From positions 13,824 to 77,823 of the forward strand of contig CANJLD010000006.1 in assembly GCA_947475165.1 (NCBI GenBank): 64,000 nucleotides of DNA, written 5' to 3'. Each line of letters begins with the position of its first letter. The stretch's first letter is position 1. Positions 35,477 to 45,290 of this stretch are shown piece after piece. The DNA is from Bacteroidota bacterium (lineage in GTDB: Bacteria; Bacteroidota; Bacteroidia; Chitinophagales; LD1). The notes below the pieces were generated by a model, which was not told the DNA's origin, made no database searches, and saw only the letters and a program-made list of their open reading frames with translations. Position numbers and translations under genes: made by a program.

Positions 35477-36322
35477 ATGGTAAACAACGAGGTAAATGAT
35501 GAGTGGTCGCAGGTTTTAGAGCCCACTTCCAATCCGTTTAAATTTAATTTTAGAGAGTTGTGGCATTACCGCGACCTGATTATTCTTTTTGTAAAAAGAG
35601 ATTTTGTTGCTGTTTACAAGCAAACTGTTCTTGGTCCTGTTTGGCATTTTATTCAACCTTTGTTTACTACTGCAGTTTATGCTTTTTTTGGCGGCTTAGC
35701 TGGCTTGCCTACCGATGGAATACCACGCATATTATTTATATTAACCGGTGTGGTACTTTGGAATTATTTTTCAAGTTGCCTTACCAAAACATCTAACACA
35801 TTTGTTGGCAACTCCCATATTTTCGGCAAGGTTTATTTTCCTCGATTAGCTATTCCCATTTCAGTAATTGTTTCAAACCTGATGAGCTTTTTCATTCAGC
35901 TTTTACTCATCGTTCCGTTTTTAATTTATCACCACAGTCTTGTACATCCAAATATTTTTCTGCTTGCACTTCCCTTTCTGGTAATTATTATAGCCATGAT
36001 GGGCTTGGGGTTTGGCGTGATTGTTTCATCTCTCACCATTAAATATCGCGACTTGGTTTACCTCATTTCGTTTGGCGTTCAATTAGCCATGTATGCAGCT
36101 CCTGTAATTTATCCACTCTCTTTCCTTCACGGGAAAATACGATTTGTGGCAAACCTTAATCCGCTAACACCGGTAATAGAAGTATTTCGCTACGCAATTT
36201 TAGGAAAAGGAACTTTCACTATTGAAAGTGTTTCATACAGTGTAATTTTTGCCTTTGCGGTAATGACTATAGGAATTGTGTTATTCAACAACGCTGAGAA
36301 AGATTTTATGGATACGGTTTAA
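35477..36322 (+). CDS. wzm: ABC-2 type polysaccharide export permease (Wzm)
   Basis: 281 aa. The N-terminus ELWHYRDLIILFVKRDFVAVYKQTVLGPVWHFIQPL is the typical Wzm/TagG/KpsM start, and there are 6 predicted TM helices. Confidence 0.85.
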   Translation: MVNNEVNDEWSQVLEPTSNPFKFNFRELWHYRDLIILFVKRDFVAVYKQTVLGPVWHFIQPLFTTAVYAFFGGLAGLPTDGIPRILFILTGVVLWNYFSSCLTKTSNTFVGNSHIFGKVYFPRLAIPISVIVSNLMSFFIQLLLIVPFLIYHHSLVHPNIFLLALPFLVIIIAMMGLGFGVIVSSLTIKYRDLVYLISFGVQLAMYAAPVIYPLSFLHGKIRFVANLNPLTPVIEVFRYAILGKGTFTIESVSYSVIFAFAVMTIGIVLFNNAEKDFMDTV

Positions 36323-36330
36323 GCAAAAGT

Positions 36331-37572
36331 ATGAGCACTGTAATTAAAGTAGAGAACGTTTCAAAAATTTACAATCTGGGCATTATCGGCTCCGGCACCT
36401 TAGCCGAAGATGTTAACCGGTTTGTAGCGCGCCTTACCGGCAAACAAGATTCCTTGAAAAAAGTTCATGAGAATTATAATGACGACTCTATTCATGTGGC
36501 TCTACGCGATATTAACTTTGAAGTAAAAGATGGAGAAGTGCTGGGCATTGTTGGGAAAAACGGAGCAGGTAAAAGCACCTTGCTAAAAATTCTTTCGCGC
36601 ATTACATCTCCTTCCACCGGTAGTGTAAAAATGAAAGGCAGAGTAGCAAGTTTACTAGAAGTGGGAACAGGCTTTCACCCGGAACTTACGGGGCGAGAAA
36701 ATATTTTTCTGAACGGGGCCATTCTTGGAATGACAAGAAACGAAGTAGCCCGAAAGTTTGATGAGATAGTTGAGTTTAGCGGAGTATCAAAATTTATTGA
36801 CACACCGGTTAAGCGTTACAGCAGCGGAATGTATGTGCGGTTGGCATTTGCAGTAGCAGCGCATCTTGAGCCCGAAATTTTAATTGTAGATGAGGTGTTA
36901 GCTGTGGGCGATGCTGACTTTCAGAAAAAGTGTTTAGGTAAAATGAAAGATGTTTCTGCCAACCAGGGCAGAACGGTTTTGTTTGTTAGCCATAATATGA
37001 CCGCTGTAAAGAATCTTTGCACGCGTGCCATTTTTCTTAAGCAGGGACAGTTAGTTCAATCAGGAACTGCCGATGAAGTGGTAAATTACTATCAAAGCAA
37101 TGAGTTTGTGGATAGTTACGAGCAGCACTGGGAATATGCTCAGGCACCGGGCAACGAATGGGTAAAAGCAAAAAGCATTCGCGCTGTTCCAAAATATCAG
37201 GTTGGGTTAGATATTATTACACCAGCTACTCCAATTGATATTGAGTATGAATTTTGGAGCGAAAAAGAAGAAGCGGATATTAATTTAAGCATGACGGTAT
37301 ATAATGTATCCGGTGAACCTGTTTTCAATGTTGTATCGCCCACTGTAAAAATGAAAAAAGGATTGCATAAAGGTGTATGCCACATTCCTGAAAATCTCCT
37401 AAACGATGATTATTATTCTATCTCCATGTTAGCTGTAAAAGAACAGGAACTTCCGCTGTTTTGCTTAGAAAACGGAATTTCTTTTGAAGTAGTGGAGAAC
37501 CGTGAAACCAATAATTGGCACTACAAATGGGTAGGTTATGTAAGACCCAAACTTGATTTTACACTTGAGTAA
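36331..37572 (+). CDS. wzt: Polysaccharide export ABC transporter ATP-binding protein (Wzt) with a C-terminal substrate-binding-type extension
   Basis: Walker A GKNGAGKST, signature YSSGMYVRLAFA and Walker B ILIVDEVLAVGD are present. About 165 extra C-terminal residues (from about nt 37078) look beta-rich, as in the Wzt_C carbohydrate-binding domain. Confidence 0.9.
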   Translation: MSTVIKVENVSKIYNLGIIGSGTLAEDVNRFVARLTGKQDSLKKVHENYNDDSIHVALRDINFEVKDGEVLGIVGKNGAGKSTLLKILSRITSPSTGSVKMKGRVASLLEVGTGFHPELTGRENIFLNGAILGMTRNEVARKFDEIVEFSGVSKFIDTPVKRYSSGMYVRLAFAVAAHLEPEILIVDEVLAVGDADFQKKCLGKMKDVSANQGRTVLFVSHNMTAVKNLCTRAIFLKQGQLVQSGTADEVVNYYQSNEFVDSYEQHWEYAQAPGNEWVKAKSIRAVPKYQVGLDIITPATPIDIEYEFWSEKEEADINLSMTVYNVSGEPVFNVVSPTVKMKKGLHKGVCHIPENLLNDDYYSISMLAVKEQELPLFCLENGISFEVVENRETNNWHYKWVGYVRPKLDFTLE

Positions 37573-37580
37573 ATGGAAAT

Positions 37581-38471
37581 TTATTTTTTCCTCAACACAG
37601 CAACAGATTGATAGCCATAAGCCCCATCAATAATCTGCACCAACTCGAAAAACGGCTCAACCCATTGTTTAAAATAGGCTTTAGAGAAAAACACCTGCGA
37701 TAAATTATCGCGATCAATCACCATCATTCCAAAATTGCCTTTGTTATTCATGTAAGTTTTATTCTGAAACAAATGTTCGGCAAGGTTCGCATTCTTGTAT
37801 TCGCCATCCAGCATTTTCACGGTATTCTCGTCATGAATAGTAACGTAAAACACACCACCCTTTTTAAGAACCCTACGAACTTCCAGCAACCAAGCATCTG
37901 CAAGATCATCAATATGCGTGAATACAGAGCCACAATAAATGAGATTGAAATAGTTGCTTTCAAAAGGTAAATGAGGGATAAGTGTGGTGGTAGCATAGTT
38001 AGCTGTTTCACCAATATTTTCTTTGCACCAGTAAATCAATTTAGCATCAATATCCAATCCCCACAGCTCTGATTCTTTAAAATGCTGATTTACGTTCCGC
38101 AACATTCGCGCACAACCGCAACCTAAATCAAGTACCTTTTGAGTTGTTCTTTCGATATAACCAACCGCAGCCAAATTCGCATCCATCTTCTTTACATCTT
38201 CAACACCCGATTCGAGATATTCTTGCTCAGTTTTACCATAACCCAACCAATAGGCAAAAGGCGGAGCAATTTTCCCACCGCTTTGCTTTTTAAAATCAGG
38301 AATTACATAATCCTGATCTCTTTTGAATGGCATATATTTTATAATAGAAGTTTGGTTATCGTACAAACCACCGAAGCGAAAACGGAGTGTGGGCTCAACA
38401 ATTTTATGCTGTATGATTTTGCTCAATTTTTCTTTTATTGAACCGGGAAGCAATTGCGATAGAAAACTCAT
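37581..38471 (-). CDS. Class I SAM-dependent methyltransferase
   Basis: 296 aa with motif I VLDLGCGCARM and a downstream acidic-loop pattern (LWGLDID...IYCGSVFTHI). It is convergent with wzt, with an 8-nt gap. Confidence 0.8.
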   Translation of the reverse strand: MSFLSQLLPGSIKEKLSKIIQHKIVEPTLRFRFGGLYDNQTSIIKYMPFKRDQDYVIPDFKKQSGGKIAPPFAYWLGYGKTEQEYLESGVEDVKKMDANLAAVGYIERTTQKVLDLGCGCARMLRNVNQHFKESELWGLDIDAKLIYWCKENIGETANYATTTLIPHLPFESNYFNLIYCGSVFTHIDDLADAWLLEVRRVLKKGGVFYVTIHDENTVKMLDGEYKNANLAEHLFQNKTYMNNKGNFGMMVIDRDNLSQVFFSKAYFKQWVEPFFELVQIIDGAYGYQSVAVLRKK

Positions 38472-38627
38472 AAATGAAACCTATTTTGTTAGTATTACAA
38501 TAATATCATTAATCAAGGAAATAGCAATACAATGTTGATTTGCGGATTTGATTTGATGCAGGTTAAGAGATAAAAAATTCTGCTTCAAAAAAATTATTTT
38601 CGACAAAATAACCGATTCGCTTAGCGC

Positions 38628-39362
38628 ATGTTTTATTATAGAAAAATTTTAGTGATTTCTGACAACCCCTTTCTTATTTCTCAATTTAATTCGTTGATGA
38701 AAAAGTTTGAAGGTATTGAGTTGAGTTATGCCTGCTCGCCATCTAACACGGCTCTTTTAAACAATACTTCGCTGTCTGTAAAAATTAATTCCATCAATCT
38801 TAAAACAGATTGGGAACAAACGGTTCAAACTCATGACTTAGTTTTTTCGCTGCATTGCAAGCAATTATTTCCGGCACCGATGGTAAGCAAGGTAAAATGT
38901 ATCAACGTACATCCGGGTTATAATCCATACAACCGTGGCTGGTTTCCGCAGGTTTTTTCTATTCTAAACAATAAAAAAGCAGGAGCTACCATTCATGAAA
39001 TTGATAAACATCTTGACCACGGAGCAATTATTGCTCAAAAGGAAATTGAGATTGAAAAAAGTGATAATTCATTAAATGCCTACGAAAAAATCCAGGAAGC
39101 AGAAGTGCAGTTGCTAAAAGAAAATTTGGAAAACATTCTTTCCAATAAATACAAAACCATTTTACCTGCCGAAGAAGGAAACATAAATCTTAAAAAAGAT
39201 TTCAATGCGCTTTGTGAAGTTGATTTAGATAAACCTGTAACTATGGGTGAAGCAATTGATTATTTGCGGGCAATGACTCACGGAAATTATAAGAACGCTT
39301 ATTTTATAGATAAGAATACCGGTTCAAAAATCTTTGTGGCTATTCAATTAGAAAAAGAATAA
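38628..39362 (+). CDS. Sugar N-formyltransferase (VioF/WbtJ-like, formyl_trans_N family)
   Basis: 244 aa. The motif CINVHPGYNPYNRGWFPQVFSILNNKKAGATIHEIDKHLDHGAIIAQ matches the catalytic N...H...D region of dTDP-4-amino-4,6-dideoxyhexose formyltransferases. Confidence 0.75.
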   Translation: MFYYRKILVISDNPFLISQFNSLMKKFEGIELSYACSPSNTALLNNTSLSVKINSINLKTDWEQTVQTHDLVFSLHCKQLFPAPMVSKVKCINVHPGYNPYNRGWFPQVFSILNNKKAGATIHEIDKHLDHGAIIAQKEIEIEKSDNSLNAYEKIQEAEVQLLKENLENILSNKYKTILPAEEGNINLKKDFNALCEVDLDKPVTMGEAIDYLRAMTHGNYKNAYFIDKNTGSKIFVAIQLEKE

Positions 39363-39376
39363 ACCAAGTGCTGCGA

Positions 39377-40219
39377 ATGGCCGATGTGAGTGTTTGCATT
39401 ATTACCTACAATCAGGAAAATTTCGTTGCGCAGGCTATAGAAAGTGCCTTGATTCAAAAATGTAATTTTGAAATAGAAATTATCATTTGCGATGATTGCT
39501 CTACAGACAACACTCCCCAAATCATTCAATCTTATGCTTCAAAATATCCAAATAAAGTAAAGCCTTATTACGCTAAGCAAAACATAGGCATGCTAAAAAA
39601 TTGGGAGAAAGCTCTCAAACTTTGCAATGGAAGATACATCGCTTTATTAGAGGGGGATGATTTTTGGAACGATGAAAATAAATTGCAAAAGCAATATCAG
39701 ATTCTTGAACGCAATGCTGACTGTTCGATTTCTTTCACCAATGCACATATTAAATACGAAAACCAAAAAGAATGTTTTGACAAGTATGTTACCATAACCG
39801 GTGAAAAATTTACAACAAAAGATTTGCTGCAATACAATTTTATTCCCACTTGCTCGGTTATGATGCGCAATAATATTTCCGATACTTTTCTTCACCCTGC
39901 GTATTTCAAAAGCCCGTTTGCCGACTGGATAATTCATATTCTGAATTCACAATTTGGCAGTGCCCATTTTCTAAATGGGTTTACCTGCACTTATCGAATA
40001 CACCATTCAGGAGTATGGAGTGGAATAAAAGAAGAAAAGCAATTGAAAAATAAGTTGCAAGCCCTTGAGTGTATTAACGAAATAATAACGCAACCTAAAT
40101 TAAAATTAGATGTTAAGCAAAGCCGAAAAAAATTATTGCAAACTTTGTGCGCGTATTATAGGCTAAACAACAACTATCTCAATTATCTAAACTACCGAAT
40201 TAAACTCCTACTCAACTAA
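39377..40219 (+). CDS. Family 2 glycosyltransferase
   Basis: VSVCIITYNQENFVAQAIESALIQ...IIICDDCSTDNT and LEGDDFW (DxD) are present. I place the start at ATG 39377 rather than GTG 39368. Confidence 0.85.
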   Translation: MADVSVCIITYNQENFVAQAIESALIQKCNFEIEIIICDDCSTDNTPQIIQSYASKYPNKVKPYYAKQNIGMLKNWEKALKLCNGRYIALLEGDDFWNDENKLQKQYQILERNADCSISFTNAHIKYENQKECFDKYVTITGEKFTTKDLLQYNFIPTCSVMMRNNISDTFLHPAYFKSPFADWIIHILNSQFGSAHFLNGFTCTYRIHHSGVWSGIKEEKQLKNKLQALECINEIITQPKLKLDVKQSRKKLLQTLCAYYRLNNNYLNYLNYRIKLLLN

Positions 40220-40220
40220 A

Positions 40221-41243
40221 ATGAAACCAGGACTTTCCGCTGTAGTTTGCTGTTACAATAGCGAGCATCGTTTACCCGAAACGCTGGCGCATTTGCTTAA
40301 ACAAAATGCAACTAACTTTAATTGGGAAATAATTGTAGTAGACAATGCCTCTACCGATTCAACAAGTGTTATTGCCGAAAATATTTTAGCAAAAAAATTA
40401 AGTGCCGAAAAATATAAAGTATTGCAAGAAATTGAACCCGGATTAAGTAGCGCACGAAGAAAAGGCTACCAAAGTGCACAGTACGATTATGTCTTGTTTT
40501 GCGATGATGACAACTGGCTGGCAGGAAATTACTTTCAGTTAGCTTTTGAAATATTGGAGCAGAATGCCCACATAGGAATATTAGGAGGAAAAGGGGAAGC
40601 AGTGTTCGAGAAAATAAAACCAGATTGGTTTGATACCTACCAAATAAATTTTGCTGTAGGAGAACAAGCAGATAGTCTTTCCCCAATTTCATCTATTGAA
40701 ACTTCTTACGGTGCGGGTCTCATTGTGCGCAAAAAAATATTTGAGTTATTGAATACCATACAATTTGAAAGTTTACTGTCTGACAGAAAAGGGAATCAAT
40801 TGATGAGTGGAGGTGATACGGAACTTTGTATAGTTGCGAAATATCTAGGCTACGAAATTTGCTACGCACCCAGCCTTCAGTTTAAACATTTGATGACTGA
40901 TGGAAGAATGAAATGGGACTATCTGAAAAAACTTTACTACGGATTTGGCAGAACTCGTGTTTACATACAAGCTTATAAAATGATGGAGCAAGCCAGCGAA
41001 ATACCAGGGAAAAATTTGCGAATAGCACTGTGGCTCGACAAGTATTTACACCGCCTTAGTGAGTTAACTCATTTTTTGCCGAAGCATCTTTTTAAATTAA
41101 ATGATGAAGGCAATGACGAAGCACTAAAATATGCTGCACTAAGAGGCGAACTATATGAACTAAGGACTTTAAAAAATAATTACCCAAAAGTTTTCGAAAA
41201 TATTTTGAAAACTAAGCGTCAAATTGCGGAATTGAAAAAGTAA
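40221..41243 (+). CDS. Family 2 glycosyltransferase
   Basis: LSAVVCCYNSEHRLPETLAHLLKQ...IIVVDNASTDST and FCDDDNWL (DxD) are present. There is a 1-nt gap from the upstream gene. Confidence 0.85.
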   Translation: MKPGLSAVVCCYNSEHRLPETLAHLLKQNATNFNWEIIVVDNASTDSTSVIAENILAKKLSAEKYKVLQEIEPGLSSARRKGYQSAQYDYVLFCDDDNWLAGNYFQLAFEILEQNAHIGILGGKGEAVFEKIKPDWFDTYQINFAVGEQADSLSPISSIETSYGAGLIVRKKIFELLNTIQFESLLSDRKGNQLMSGGDTELCIVAKYLGYEICYAPSLQFKHLMTDGRMKWDYLKKLYYGFGRTRVYIQAYKMMEQASEIPGKNLRIALWLDKYLHRLSELTHFLPKHLFKLNDEGNDEALKYAALRGELYELRTLKNNYPKVFENILKTKRQIAELKK

Positions 41244-41244
41244 A

Positions 41245-42162
41245 ATGCATTCACCTTTTTTCTCCATTATTGTTCCAACTTATAACCGCGCCCACCTCAT
41301 TGGTGGAACAATTGAATCTGTAATCGCTCAGTCATTTGAAAATTGGGAGCTGCTGGTTATTGACGATGGCAGCACAGATCACACAATAGAAACAGTTGAA
41401 AAATTTTCGGACTTGCGAATTAAGTATTTATGGAAAGAAAACGAAGAAAGAAGTGTCGCACGTAATAAAGGAATTGAACTTTCGCAAGGAAAATTCGTTT
41501 GCTTTTTAGATAGTGACGATATTTGGCGCACCAATCATTTGCAATTACTGTTTGAAAAAATAAAATCAAATGACAACAAGAAAGCTCTCTATTTTACCGG
41601 TATGGCTTGGAATTTCACTGATAGAAAACAAGATGTAATCTTCGAAACGCCAGAAGGGAAAAACAGAATTGAATATATCATTACCAACCAAATTGCCCCC
41701 TCTACGGTTTGCATTCCCACTGCCATTCTTCAAAAGGAAAAATTCAATACTTCTCTTCGCATTAACGAAGACGTTGAACTTTTTGCCCGTATTGCTACTA
41801 AACTTGAATTGATTCAACTGCGCGAGGTGACAGTTGATTTTATTATTCATAACGAAAACACAAAAGCAAACACGAAAAATTACATCACCCCGCAAATACA
41901 GGTTATGGAGATGATTTTTTCAAATCCAGAATTGAAAAACAAAATTTCTTCTTCGTTCAAAAAGCAATGTCTGCGCAATCTTCATCATCAACTCATTAAT
42001 CACTATTTAAACACTGGTGAATTTTCTAAAATGAATACTGAAATATTGTATTTTCTGTTTCTCTATCCTTTCGATTTTCAAAACAAATCAAAAATCGTAT
42101 TGTTACTTTACCATCTTCCTGGAGGAACTGTTTTACGGAAAATTATCAGTAGGTTGAAATAA
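41245..42162 (+). CDS. Family 2 glycosyltransferase (paralog of 43179..44096)
   Basis: FFSIIVPTYNRAHLIGGTIESVIAQSFENWELLVIDDGSTDHT and FLDSDDIW are present. Confidence 0.85.
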   Translation: MHSPFFSIIVPTYNRAHLIGGTIESVIAQSFENWELLVIDDGSTDHTIETVEKFSDLRIKYLWKENEERSVARNKGIELSQGKFVCFLDSDDIWRTNHLQLLFEKIKSNDNKKALYFTGMAWNFTDRKQDVIFETPEGKNRIEYIITNQIAPSTVCIPTAILQKEKFNTSLRINEDVELFARIATKLELIQLREVTVDFIIHNENTKANTKNYITPQIQVMEMIFSNPELKNKISSSFKKQCLRNLHHQLINHYLNTGEFSKMNTEILYFLFLYPFDFQNKSKIVLLLYHLPGGTVLRKIISRLK

Positions 42163-42166
42163 TACA

Positions 42167-43174
42167 ATGAGCGCACCATCCATTACCGTCTTAATGCCCG
42201 TATACAATGGCGAAAAATATTTACGCGAAGCCATTAATAGTATACTAAGTCAAACTTTTACCGATTTCGAATTCCTTATCATTAACGATGGCTCAAATGA
42301 TAAAACCGAAGAAATTATTTTAAGCTACAGCGATACAAGAATTAGATACGTAAACAATGATGTAAACGTAAAGCTCATTGCTACACTAAACAAAGGAATT
42401 GCGTTGGCGAACGGCAAATATATAGCTCGAATGGATGCTGACGATATAAGCTTACCAGCCCGCCTACAAACGCAATTTGATTTTATGGAGTTACATAAAG
42501 ATACTGCTTTGTGTGGCTCATGGTATCAGTTATTTGGTGGAGAAAACAATGTGGTAAAATACATCTGCTCACATAACGAAATAAGAATGAAAATGCTTTA
42601 TCAATCTCATTTTTGTCACCCCACAGTTATTTTTCGAAAATCAATGATTGATACTTTCGCTGAAAAATTTGATCCGCTTTTTATTCATGCTGAGGATTAT
42701 GATTTTTTTGTGCGGATTGCAGAAAAATTTTCCGTAGCTAATGTTTCAGAAGTGCTGCTGACGTACAGAGTACATGAGCAAAGCGTTTCTTTGCAAAATA
42801 AAAAAACACAGAATAACAACAGCAATCTTATCAAAAAACGTTCCTTCAAAAATATAGGAATAGACGTGACCGAAAATGAACTTGAACTATATAGAAGCAT
42901 TGAGCAACACGAATACCTGCCAACAAACGAATATTTAAAAACCGCTCAAACTTTATTGGAGAAATTGGTGATAGCAAATGATGAAACAGAATATTTTGAA
43001 AAACAATTTTTCAGAACCTATATCAGTGAACTTTGGTTCAACATCACAAACAACACAACCTCTGCCGGGGTAAATTCTTTTCAAAAATATAAAGCATCTT
43101 TCTTGTCGTCTTTCAAACAATTAAATTCAATTCAATTATTGAAATTTCGGATTAAAGAAATTTTAGCTTTCTGA
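42167..43174 (+). CDS. Family 2 glycosyltransferase
   Basis: ITVLMPVYNGEKYLREAINSILSQTFTDFEFLIINDGSNDKT and RMDADDIS are present. Confidence 0.85.
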   Translation: MSAPSITVLMPVYNGEKYLREAINSILSQTFTDFEFLIINDGSNDKTEEIILSYSDTRIRYVNNDVNVKLIATLNKGIALANGKYIARMDADDISLPARLQTQFDFMELHKDTALCGSWYQLFGGENNVVKYICSHNEIRMKMLYQSHFCHPTVIFRKSMIDTFAEKFDPLFIHAEDYDFFVRIAEKFSVANVSEVLLTYRVHEQSVSLQNKKTQNNNSNLIKKRSFKNIGIDVTENELELYRSIEQHEYLPTNEYLKTAQTLLEKLVIANDETEYFEKQFFRTYISELWFNITNNTTSAGVNSFQKYKASFLSSFKQLNSIQLLKFRIKEILAF

Positions 43175-43178
43175 TATT

Positions 43179-44096
43179 ATGAAACCTTTCTTCAGCATTA
43201 TTGTACCTACTTACAATCGCGCGCACCTTATTGCAAAGGCGATAGAAAGTGTAATCAACCAAACTCTAAGTAGTTGGGAGCTGATAATTGTAGACGATGG
43301 TTCTACTGACAATACTAAAGAAATAGTGAATTCGTATAACGATTCTCGCATTCGTTACATCTATCAACAAAACGCAGAGCGCAGTGAAGCAAGAAACAAT
43401 GGAATAAAAAACAGCACCGGTACATACATTTGCTTTTTAGATAGCGATGATTATTATTTAGCAAATAGACTGAAAGAGTTACACAACGAAATTATAAAGC
43501 AAGGCAAACCAATTGCCTTTTACTATACAGGAATTTTATACCTGTACGAAGGAGAAATTTCAGCAAGGCCGGAACTCTCCAACACGTTTGCCAAGATTCA
43601 GGACTTTATTGTATGCGCAGTTATTGGCACCCCACAGGTGTGCATACACGAAAGTATTTTAGCTAAAGAAAATTTCAATCCATTGTTCAATATTGGTGAG
43701 GACATGGAATTATGGCTGCGAGTTTCAAAAATAGCTTCGCCTATTTATTTAGAAAATCAATTTACAGTGGTTGCAGTAGAGCATGACACTCGCTCTGTAA
43801 ATGTAAAGTTGTACAATAGCTATATAGACCAAATGCGAATGCTCAGGCATATTTTTTCCGAGAATCATCCTGGGCATAGAATTTCAGAAAACATAAAAAA
43901 GCAATTGCGGAGCAATTGCTTTTTCGGCATGGCAAAATTTTTTATTTACAATCGAAAAAAAAGAACTGCTGCAAGACATTTAATGCAATCAATTTTTGCA
44001 GATGTTTCTCATTTTCAAAACAAATACCGACTGAATATTTTACTGAAATTAATGCAGCCCAATGGCATTGAAAAAGCAATTCTATTATTGCAGTAA
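43179..44096 (+). CDS. Family 2 glycosyltransferase (paralog of 41245..42162)
   Basis: FFSIIVPTYNRAHLIAKAIESVINQTLSSWELIIVDDGSTDNT and FLDSDDYY are present. It is 305 aa, the same length as its paralog. Confidence 0.85.
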   Translation: MKPFFSIIVPTYNRAHLIAKAIESVINQTLSSWELIIVDDGSTDNTKEIVNSYNDSRIRYIYQQNAERSEARNNGIKNSTGTYICFLDSDDYYLANRLKELHNEIIKQGKPIAFYYTGILYLYEGEISARPELSNTFAKIQDFIVCAVIGTPQVCIHESILAKENFNPLFNIGEDMELWLRVSKIASPIYLENQFTVVAVEHDTRSVNVKLYNSYIDQMRMLRHIFSENHPGHRISENIKKQLRSNCFFGMAKFFIYNRKKRTAARHLMQSIFADVSHFQNKYRLNILLKLMQPNGIEKAILLLQ

Positions 44097-44123
44097 ACAG
44101 AATTAAAAAAAGCAAATCATCAC

Positions 44124-45290
44124 TTGAAAAGCAATCCATCAATTTTTATTATTTCAACTGAATTCCCTCCAGGACCTGGTGGAATTGGTTCGCACGCTTA
44201 CCAAGTGGCAAAAGAACTTTATCGCTTAGGTTGGGCTGTCACTGTATTCAGCGAACAGGAATACAGCACTCCGGAAGAAATTGAAAAATTTAATAGTGCA
44301 ACACCTTTCAAAATATTTCGGCTTTTTCCCACACCTTCTATGTTTTTGCTCGTATTGAAATTCGTAAAACTTTTTTGGGCATCACTTCAATATTCTCCAG
44401 ATATTGTTTTAGGCACCGGTAAACATGGAGCCTGGTTTGCAGTTTTAGTTGGGAAATTAACGTTCAAAAAAACTGCGGTAATTGGTCATGGAACTGAATT
44501 TATTATAACCATGAGTGACAAATCGCAAAAAATAAATAAACGTGCGTATTCCTCAGCCGATGCTATTATTCACGTGTCGGAATACACCCGAAAAATTGCA
44601 GAGACGGCTGGAGTTCTAAATAACAACAGTTTCATTATTCATAACGGAGCAGATAATGAGTTGTTTTATAAACTTGAAGACAAACAAATAACTGATTTTA
44701 AAAGAGAGAAATATTTAGAGGGCAAAAAAGTAATTGTGACCGTTGGCAATGTTCAAACCCGCAAAGGTCATGAATGGATAATTCGCTCAATGCCGGAAAT
44801 TTTAAGTTCAATTCCCAACGCGCATTATTACTGTGTTGGACTTCCAACTATTCAGGCTCATCTTGAAAAAATTGTGGAAGAATTACAATTAAGCGGTCAT
44901 GTGCATTTTATAGGCAAAGTCAATCAACATGAACTACTTGATTGGTTAAACGCTGCTGATGTTTTTGCCATGACAAGTATTGCCACCAATTATGGCGATG
45001 TAGAAGGCTTCGGAATTGCTGTAATTGAAGCAGCACTTTGTGGAACACCGGCAGTGGTTACAAATGAATCGGGTCCGGGTGAGGCGATAATTGAAAACGT
45101 TACAGGATTTGGAGCGAAGGAAAAAGATACGGCAACGATAGCGCAACGAATTATCACACTTTTAAAAGATAAAGATTTGAGAAACAGTATGGGACAAAAC
45201 GCGCTCAATAATGCAATTCAAAATTTGACTTGGGCAATTGTTGTCAAAAAATATAACACCGTATTATCTGGTCTTATCAAGAAATTATAG
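44124..45290 (+). CDS. GT4-family (GT-B fold) glycosyltransferase
   Basis: 388 aa. The N-terminal IFIISTEFPPGPGGIGSHAY and the C-terminal EX7E-type region EGFGIAVIEAALCGTPAVVTNESGPGEAIIENVTG are present. The start is a TTG, so it is uncertain. Confidence 0.8.
   Translation: MKSNPSIFIISTEFPPGPGGIGSHAYQVAKELYRLGWAVTVFSEQEYSTPEEIEKFNSATPFKIFRLFPTPSMFLLVLKFVKLFWASLQYSPDIVLGTGKHGAWFAVLVGKLTFKKTAVIGHGTEFIITMSDKSQKINKRAYSSADAIIHVSEYTRKIAETAGVLNNNSFIIHNGADNELFYKLEDKQITDFKREKYLEGKKVIVTVGNVQTRKGHEWIIRSMPEILSSIPNAHYYCVGLPTIQAHLEKIVEELQLSGHVHFIGKVNQHELLDWLNAADVFAMTSIATNYGDVEGFGIAVIEAALCGTPAVVTNESGPGEAIIENVTGFGAKEKDTATIAQRIITLLKDKDLRNSMGQNALNNAIQNLTWAIVVKKYNTVLSGLIKKL

Noticed and set aside
39647-41895. 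Antisense ORFs inside GT2 genes (39647..39937, 40369..40692, 41566..41895), and similar ones elsewhere in the polysaccharide locus (44946..45208, 46629..47170, 52872..53296, 60428..60666, 61457..61738).
   Set aside because: They are embedded antisense in CDSs with clear family motifs. They are AT-rich, their translations are low-complexity, and none has family features.
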